Positions 58,448 to 64,000 of a stretch of 64,000 nucleotides of DNA are shown piece after piece; positions within the stretch are counted from its first letter, which is position 1; each line of letters begins with the position of its first letter. Under the pieces are notes generated by a model. The model did not search any database. It saw nothing but the letters and a program-made list of their open reading frames with translations, and was not told the DNA's origin. The stretch is from Ostreococcus lucimarinus (taxonomy: Eukaryota): NCBI GenBank assembly GCA_000092065.1, contig CP000583.1; one strand, written 5' to 3'. The position numbers and the translations under genes were made by a program.

Positions 58448-59233
58448 TTATTCGATGGGCATCAAACTACCTTTCAAGTGCTCGCCGCCGACTTGATCCA
58501 CGATCGCTCTTAGCTTGAGCATGAGAGATGCCAAGACGTCGCCCTTTGCCTCTGCGCCGTCGTCTCCCGCGGTTGCGTCGGCCGCTCCTCCATCCTGAGG
58601 TTGCATCGCAGTCGCGCGCGCACGAAACGTTTCGGCACACGAAGCACATCGATACACCTTGAAGCCACCCAGAGAGACGTTCTGCCATGTTAATCTTGAG
58701 CACGCGAAGCACGGTTGTATCCAGCCGTCTTCGGGCAACTTTGTCTCGCCGTCGTTCGCCGCCATGAATCCACTTTCAATTTCGCGATCACCCTCTTCCG
58801 CGCGATCACCGTCAAAGGCTTCGTTTGGAAGTCGTAAACCCGGCAGCGCGCGGCGCGCGCGTAAAGATGACGTCTTCCCGCTCGTGCCTTGAGACGACGT
58901 CAACTCTGAACACCCGTCCCCGAATTCGTCATCGGCATCCTCTTCCGCGTATTTCTCCAGTACGCTCGCCGGTACGGTGTTGGACACCGCGCGCTCGCCG
59001 AGCGCCGAAAGCACGTCGTGCTCGCTAAGCTCTAATCCCGAGCGCCCGGACGTCGACGGACGGTCGTCGCCGCGAGCGACGGCTTCAACCGCCTCTGCCC
59101 GTCGCCCTTTAGGCTCCTTCTTTGCCTTTTTCGCGACAGGTGACGCGCGCTTCCGCTTCGCGCCGTCGTCACCGGCGATCGACGCACCGCCGCTGTCTCG
59201 GCGCTTCGACGATCGTCTCGTCTCGCGCGGCAT
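58448..59233 (-). CDS. hypothetical protein with C-terminal zinc-ribbon-like motif
   Basis: Start placed at MPRETRRSSKRRDSGG (~59233). K/R-rich N-terminus and acidic middle. CFACSRLTWQNVSLGGFKVYRCASCAETF (C-x2-C...C-x2-C). Confidence 0.4.
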   Translation of the reverse strand: MPRETRRSSKRRDSGGASIAGDDGAKRKRASPVAKKAKKEPKGRRAEAVEAVARGDDRPSTSGRSGLELSEHDVLSALGERAVSNTVPASVLEKYAEEDADDEFGDGCSELTSSQGTSGKTSSLRARRALPGLRLPNEAFDGDRAEEGDREIESGFMAANDGETKLPEDGWIQPCFACSRLTWQNVSLGGFKVYRCASCAETFRARATAMQPQDGGAADATAGDDGAEAKGDVLASLMLKLRAIVDQVGGEHLKGSLMPIE

Positions 59234-59282
59234 GTCGAGAGTCGACGTGTGCCGCGCTCGACGGGGACGGGCAAGCGAAGGC

Positions 59283-60155
59283 TCACGCACGCAACAAGTG
59301 GTCCCGAAACATCGCGCGCGCACGCGCGCCGCTCTCTATCGTGCCGTGGCACGGTACAATGACGTCCCACTGAAATTCATCGCACACGCGTCGCGCGCTC
59401 TTCTCGAATTTTTCGCGGTTAGTTACCATCACTTTCAGGTAAATTGGCAAATACACTTTATCCATCAACGCTTTCCAGAGCTTCGTCCCCAATGGAATCG
59501 CCACGCCGTCGACGGGCTGTGCGGGGTAGCTCCAAAACACGTCCGTCACAAACAACGCTCGACTTGGCTTGTGATGAAAGACCACCTCGTTAAAGAACGC
59601 ACCGCCGACCACCGGCGTCGCCTCGCAGTCGAACCATTCCATTTCAAACTCGTCCCACCACGTCGCTGGGAGGACGCCATCCTCGAGGTCGACGTCGTAC
59701 GAGATGTCGGGACGTTTACTCTTCAATCCGGGACAGGCGTATAACGTCGCGCCCGGGTACGCATCTTTCCACTGTTGTGCGTATTTAAGGTGCTCGTAGT
59801 TCGGCGACACCACGTGTCGAACGACGCCCAGAGCGTCGACGACCGCTCTCGTGCGCTCGTCCAACTCGATCGGCGAGTGCACCCAGACGCTACCGTCGGT
59901 TGCGAGCTTTACGATCCCCATTCGACCACCGACGTCGATGTCGTTCCAAATGAACGGCCGCGCACACGCGAAAACTTTGTCCGCCACGACGACGTCCAGC
60001 ACCGAACCGCTCGGGTTGCTCCACGTCTTTTCGTACGACGACGACGACAACGACGACGCGCGAGCCGGGCGCGAGTGAGGGTGATTGCGGTGATGCCGCG
60101 CGGGCGCGGGCGCAACGGGACGATGGGACGGCCAGGCGCGGGTGGTTGAAGCCAT
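59283..60155 (-). CDS. DUF4336-family protein (metallo-beta-lactamase-like fold), probably plastid-targeted
   Basis: Start placed at MASTTRAWPSHRPV (~60155). VWVHSPIELDERTRAVVDALGVVRHVVSPNYEHLKYAQQWKDAYPGATLYACPG matches DUF4336 conserved blocks. Confidence 0.5.
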   Translation of the reverse strand: MASTTRAWPSHRPVAPAPARHHRNHPHSRPARASSLSSSSYEKTWSNPSGSVLDVVVADKVFACARPFIWNDIDVGGRMGIVKLATDGSVWVHSPIELDERTRAVVDALGVVRHVVSPNYEHLKYAQQWKDAYPGATLYACPGLKSKRPDISYDVDLEDGVLPATWWDEFEMEWFDCEATPVVGGAFFNEVVFHHKPSRALFVTDVFWSYPAQPVDGVAIPLGTKLWKALMDKVYLPIYLKVMVTNREKFEKSARRVCDEFQWDVIVPCHGTIESGARARAMFRDHLLRA

Positions 60156-60293
60156 GATGAGGCGTCCGCGAGGCGCGCAGTGCGGGACGACGATGACGGC
60201 GAGGGAATCGCGCGTGATGACCAAATCAGGTTGTAGGCTTCTATGTGCTAGGTTTCTATGCTTCCGTTCAAAACGTCCTTCTCGCGCGATTCG

Positions 60294-62399
60294 CTAGTCC
60301 GCGACGGGAAATAATGCTTCTAATATTTTATCACTCGCAGAAGGACCGACGGATCTCGCCTGTGTCTCTGCGGCTGTCCTAATGACTTGCAGCTCCATGC
60401 GCGCGCGGTGCCTGTCCCGATCCACGACGCTTTTCAGTGAGGATGGCGTGGGGAAAACCTCGACGACCGCCTGAGCCTTGATTGGACCGACGCCGTCGAT
60501 TTGCGCGAGCATGCGCATCCACGTGACCTTAACCGTGCTTTCTTCTTTGTGTTTTATCTCGCGAAAATCGCGTTCATACTCGGCAAAAGTGCGAGCCTTC
60601 TTGCTCGCCCTGGCGCGAGTGAGCGGACCGTACGTCGCGTGCAAGGAGAGCGTCAAATTCTTCAATAACCGCTTCGTATCCTCCAGGTGCATGGTATTTA
60701 CCACTTTGAATCCGTGAAAGATTTCCGTTTGCACGCGAGCGCTGAGTAATCGACCGACCATATCCACGGTCGTCATTCCACTATGCGTGGGGACAGACGT
60801 GCGCGCGCCGCCGCCGCGATCGCGACGAAACATGGCGCTCACGTTGCGCAAGTTGCCTTCGATGAGATAGACCAGGTTCTTCAGCCCGCTATAATTTTTC
60901 ATGCGATACTTCTGCCGCACAAAACGCTGTCCGCTCTTGTCGCTCGGTATGATGCTCGCTCGTAAATCATTCACCTCTTTACGTTCGATGAGGATATCTA
61001 GCACATACGCGTCGCCCAAACTCGGCGCGAGGCCTTTCGGGCACGCGACCCAAGCGAAATCACCGGCGTCGAGGCTGTGCCTGAGCGTCTTCACGCCCGC
61101 ATTCCGGAAGAACTCAAGATCGCGTTCTGTGAACTTCGTCTCGGAAACGTCTACCACTAAGACGGTTTCGTACCTGTCAGCGTACGTTTCGTCTCCTTGG
61201 AGCGGCGGGAGCGCCCATTCGCCTCTAGACGGACTCACGAGGTTCTTTAAAGCCGGCGCCGCGTTCGTCACACGCGGTACTTGCGACGACGATGGCAGAG
61301 GTTGCGAACACACTGGTGTCCAAACTCCGGCGTCGTCCAGCATCGCCACTTCGTCGTCGTCGTCGTCGTTTTCTTCGCATTCGCGGGCAAAGTTTGGGTT
61401 GACGTTTTCGCCCGGCGCAGCGAAACCGCACGAACAGTCCCCGCGCGCCTCCGCGGCGGCGTGTAATTTCGCAGCGAGCTCCGTCCCCGTCTTACTCAGA
61501 CGGATTTGCATCGCGTAGGACTTCTTCCACGTGTTCACCATGGGTTCGACGTAACCATTCTGCAACGTCTTCAACGACTTGAAGGAATTCCAACCGCAGT
61601 ACGCGAAGTGCTGCGCCGCGCCGCGCCCACCCATGACGGCGCGCGACGTCGGTTTGGGTTTGATCCCCTTGGCGCTCAAACCACTCACCTCTGTTTCGTC
61701 TTGGAGCTCGTCTTTAGTCAACACCTCCCGCCCCTCGAGCGCGAGCCTATGCGCGGTGACCAAGAGCGCGAACGCCGCCGTGCGATAACCGGGCACCCAC
61801 GGTTTGGTATTTCTCGCGCGTTTCGCCGCCGGTTCGCTCTCCGTCGCGCGCGCTCCTGCCGCGCGCGCTACTTTGTGTCGCAGATGATCGAGATCTGTGA
61901 CGTCGTTTCGACTCGTCGCGCCATGCGTCTCCCGCGCCCGCTCTCCCGCGATTGCTCCCGCCGCTCCGAAGAAATTTCTCGCCCCCAGCGTCTCGCCGTA
62001 CTCTGTCACCGTCGGCGCTCGACTTCGTCGCCAAAACTCCTCCATTACGTCGCACATTTTCGGCCCGATTCCCTTCACCACGATCGCGCGTTCGCGTCCC
62101 GAGAGCGCAGTCTCCGCCTTGGCGCACGCCTTGGCGCAGTTCCGCAGCGCGCGTCCGTACGCCGTCTCTTCTCCCGTTCGCGCGCCGCGTTCGAGTAGTT
62201 CGCACACCGTCTCCACGAACGTTCCCAGCGCCGCGTTCGCGCGCACGCGGTACTTTTTCCAATACGCCGCGCGCGCGCGCTCCCCATCTCGCGCGCTCGT
62301 CGTCGCCCAGCGCGCGTCGTGCGCGTCGTCCATCGCGTCGAAGCGTCGCAGCGTCAGCGCGTACGCGTCGTCGTACAGCGCGTCGTCGGGCGCGGACAT
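60294..62399 (-). CDS. MUS81: MUS81 structure-specific endonuclease (ERCC4/XPF nuclease domain plus HhH)
   Basis: ERCC4 nuclease motifs GDFAWVAC...YVLDILIERKEVNDLRASI...RFVRQKYRM...LVYLIEG. C-terminal HhH MLAQIDGVGPIKAQAVVEVFPTPSSL. N-terminal winged-helix-like region. Confidence 0.85.
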   Translation of the reverse strand: MSAPDDALYDDAYALTLRRFDAMDDAHDARWATTSARDGERARAAYWKKYRVRANAALGTFVETVCELLERGARTGEETAYGRALRNCAKACAKAETALSGRERAIVVKGIGPKMCDVMEEFWRRSRAPTVTEYGETLGARNFFGAAGAIAGERARETHGATSRNDVTDLDHLRHKVARAAGARATESEPAAKRARNTKPWVPGYRTAAFALLVTAHRLALEGREVLTKDELQDETEVSGLSAKGIKPKPTSRAVMGGRGAAQHFAYCGWNSFKSLKTLQNGYVEPMVNTWKKSYAMQIRLSKTGTELAAKLHAAAEARGDCSCGFAAPGENVNPNFARECEENDDDDDEVAMLDDAGVWTPVCSQPLPSSSQVPRVTNAAPALKNLVSPSRGEWALPPLQGDETYADRYETVLVVDVSETKFTERDLEFFRNAGVKTLRHSLDAGDFAWVACPKGLAPSLGDAYVLDILIERKEVNDLRASIIPSDKSGQRFVRQKYRMKNYSGLKNLVYLIEGNLRNVSAMFRRDRGGGARTSVPTHSGMTTVDMVGRLLSARVQTEIFHGFKVVNTMHLEDTKRLLKNLTLSLHATYGPLTRARASKKARTFAEYERDFREIKHKEESTVKVTWMRMLAQIDGVGPIKAQAVVEVFPTPSSLKSVVDRDRHRARMELQVIRTAAETQARSVGPSASDKILEALFPVAD

Positions 62400-62613
62400 G
62401 GCAGTCTTCGGTCGTCGCGACCGCCGAGGCGATCGCCGTCACGACCGCCGTCGCGCACTGCCGCAAGGAACGTTCGGTTCGATCCACGTCTGTCGTTGAG
62501 TCGTTTGGATTTATTCCACATTGCCGACGCCGCATCGCGACGCGACGCGAGGGCAACGAGCGCATCGCGTCGCGCGATAGGATAGAATAGCATCGAATCG
62601 GTCGCTGCGTCGA

Positions 62614-63327
62614 ATGACGACGACGGACGCGACGGACGCGACGGATGCGCGACGAGACGCGCGACGAGACGCGCGCGATGGCGTTGGCGTTGGCGTTGGC
62701 GACGGGACGCGTCGCGCGCGCGCGCGACGCTCGACGACGTTACCGCCGATTCTCACGCGAGGCGGGAGACGAGACTTGGTGAAGGAAAACATGCGCGCGG
62801 TGCGAGAGCGGTCGAAGGCGAATCTCGCGGCGAGAGTGAAGGAAGAAGCGACGCGCCGCACGGTTGACCGCGCGGCGGCAAAGTCGCCGCCGCCGACGAC
62901 GGTGTCGCCGCGCGTGGAGGATGATTTGAGAAGGTATAAAGAGTTAGGCGAGACGAGGAAGGAGCTCGTGGAGGCGCGCGTGCGGGCGAGAGCGCCGGTG
63001 CGACGACATGAAGGGTTCGGGGAGACGCCCGCGTACTTGCGACGACGAAAAGCCGAACTGTTGGCTGAGATGAACGAAAACATGGAACGAGCGCTGGCGG
63101 AAATCGAACGGCGACGCGTCGAGCGAGCGCTCGAGCGCCAAACACTTGAAGACGAGAGGGCGAGGCGCGCGCGAGAGGCGGCGAAGCGGCGACAAGCGTT
63201 GCGCGCGAGAGCGGAAATCGACGCCGACAAGGCGACTCCAATCGAGCGGCGGCGGCACGCTTTGGAGTTGGAGCGCACGCGAGAGCTCTTCGCGCGCGCG
63301 CGCGTGCGTGCGTACGAATGTATTTGA
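62614..63327 (+). CDS. hypothetical coiled-coil protein, weak enkurin-domain-like C-terminus; last gene before the telomere
   Basis: 237-aa R/E-rich ORF. GFGETPAYLRRRKAELLAEMNENMERALAEIERRR weakly resembles the enkurin domain. Low confidence that it is a real gene. Confidence 0.35.
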   Translation: MTTTDATDATDARRDARRDARDGVGVGVGDGTRRARARRSTTLPPILTRGGRRDLVKENMRAVRERSKANLAARVKEEATRRTVDRAAAKSPPPTTVSPRVEDDLRRYKELGETRKELVEARVRARAPVRRHEGFGETPAYLRRRKAELLAEMNENMERALAEIERRRVERALERQTLEDERARRAREAAKRRQALRARAEIDADKATPIERRRHALELERTRELFARARVRAYECI

Positions 63328-63790
63328 ACTAGCCATACGAGGACGTCGACTTCGTTGTATCGACCTAGAATTAAAAAACGCTAAACGTGTGTGCTGCTCG
63401 GCGTTTCTTCGCGGCGGCTTCATCGAGAGCGACTTGCGTCAAGCGTACGTGTTTGTGAGCGCACGCGCACGAGCGACGCACGCGAGAATATGCGCCGCGC
63501 ATGCGCGCGAATGTTTGTACGCGAAGCGAGGCGCGCGATTCCTCGGTTCATAAAGGATCCTCCGCAGGCTTTCCACTCAAATCGACTGTGTGTCACGCAA
63601 GACGAGTGCTTGGGGTCTCATTATTTTCACAGAGGACAAACTACGACTGGTCGTTTGTCGCCCAACACGACCACTGAAGAAGGAACTTTGACGCAAGAGT
63701 CCGGCGACGTCCGGAGCGTCGAGGGGGAAGTCTGCGGTGCCGTGCTGGTCGACGAGTGATGGCCGTAGGGTGTCGTGAAGGTGCCCAGGG

Positions 63791-64000
63791 TTTAGGGTTT
63801 AGGGTTTAGGGTTTAGGGTTTAGGGTTTAGGGTTTAGGGTTTAGGGTTTAGGGTTTAGGGTTTAGGGTTTAGGGTTTAGGGTTTAGGGTTTAGGGTTTAG
63901 GGTTTAGGGTTTAGGGTTTAGGGTTTAGGGTTTAGGGTTTAGGGTTTAGGGTTTAGGGTTTAGGGTTTAGGGTTTAGGGTTTAGGGTTTAGGGTTTAGGG
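63791..64000 (+). repeat. telomere: (TTTAGGG)n, ~30 units, G-rich strand 5'->3' toward the window end (right chromosome end)
   Basis: Perfect TTTAGGG tandem array from ~63791 to the end of the window, preceded by a degenerate unit (cccaggg). Plant/green-algal type telomere repeat. Confidence 0.95.

Noticed and set aside
63391-63759. 122-aa ORF in the subtelomeric spacer
   Set aside because: Non-ATG start, no homology, atypical composition. Most likely non-coding subtelomeric DNA.
1-64000. Prokaryotic-style features (operons, CRISPR arrays, IS elements, Shine-Dalgarno sites) and larger mobile elements
   Set aside because: The sequence is eukaryotic: it ends in a telomere, has spliceosomal introns with branch points and encodes eukaryote-specific proteins. 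No CRISPR-like spacer arrays, transposase/integrase ORFs, LTRs or terminal inverted repeats were seen.

Overview
The window is GC-rich (~65-68% GC), gene-dense nuclear DNA from a eukaryote and ends in a telomere: (TTTAGGG)n runs from ~63791 to the window end. The repeat type, base composition, short intergenic spacers and short introns fit a mamiellophycean green alga (Micromonas/Ostreococcus-like); this is inference, not a database hit. I call about 46 protein-coding genes on both strands, often head-to-head or tail-to-tail with spacers under 300 bp. They include a RumA-type RNA methyltransferase, a choline/ethanolamine phosphotransferase, a large ankyrin-repeat protein, a 2OG-Fe(II) oxygenase, an ABA4-like protein, a class II CPD photolyase, a carotenoid cleavage dioxygenase, an MFS sugar transporter, a signal peptide peptidase, a Lgl/tomosyn-like protein, Erv1, an RCC1-repeat protein, a CLC channel, two convergent SET/LSMT-like paralogues, an ALDH, a derlin, succinyl-CoA ligase alpha, a DHHC acyltransferase, a PDI-like protein, MUS81, and several organellar ribosomal proteins (uS13, uL22, mL54, mS29) plus peptide deformylase. 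The supplied ORF track uses GTG/TTG as start codons printed as M, so many track starts are not real. I re-anchored starts on in-frame ATGs and recovered five short spliceosomal introns (5' GTGCG[TG] or GTACGC, CTGAC branch point, 3' (C)GCAG) that the track splits or truncates. Coordinates taken by offset from the track may be off by 1-2 nt. Points most worth following are the shared intron signature (often separating a targeting-presequence exon from the mature domain), an ankyrin gene built from near-identical 99-bp tandem repeats with unusually low third-codon-position GC, a carotenoid/apocarotenoid gene neighbourhood, two 50-53 bp tandem duplications that span stop codons, start codons of divergent genes that overlap, and genes lying only ~460 bp from the telomere.
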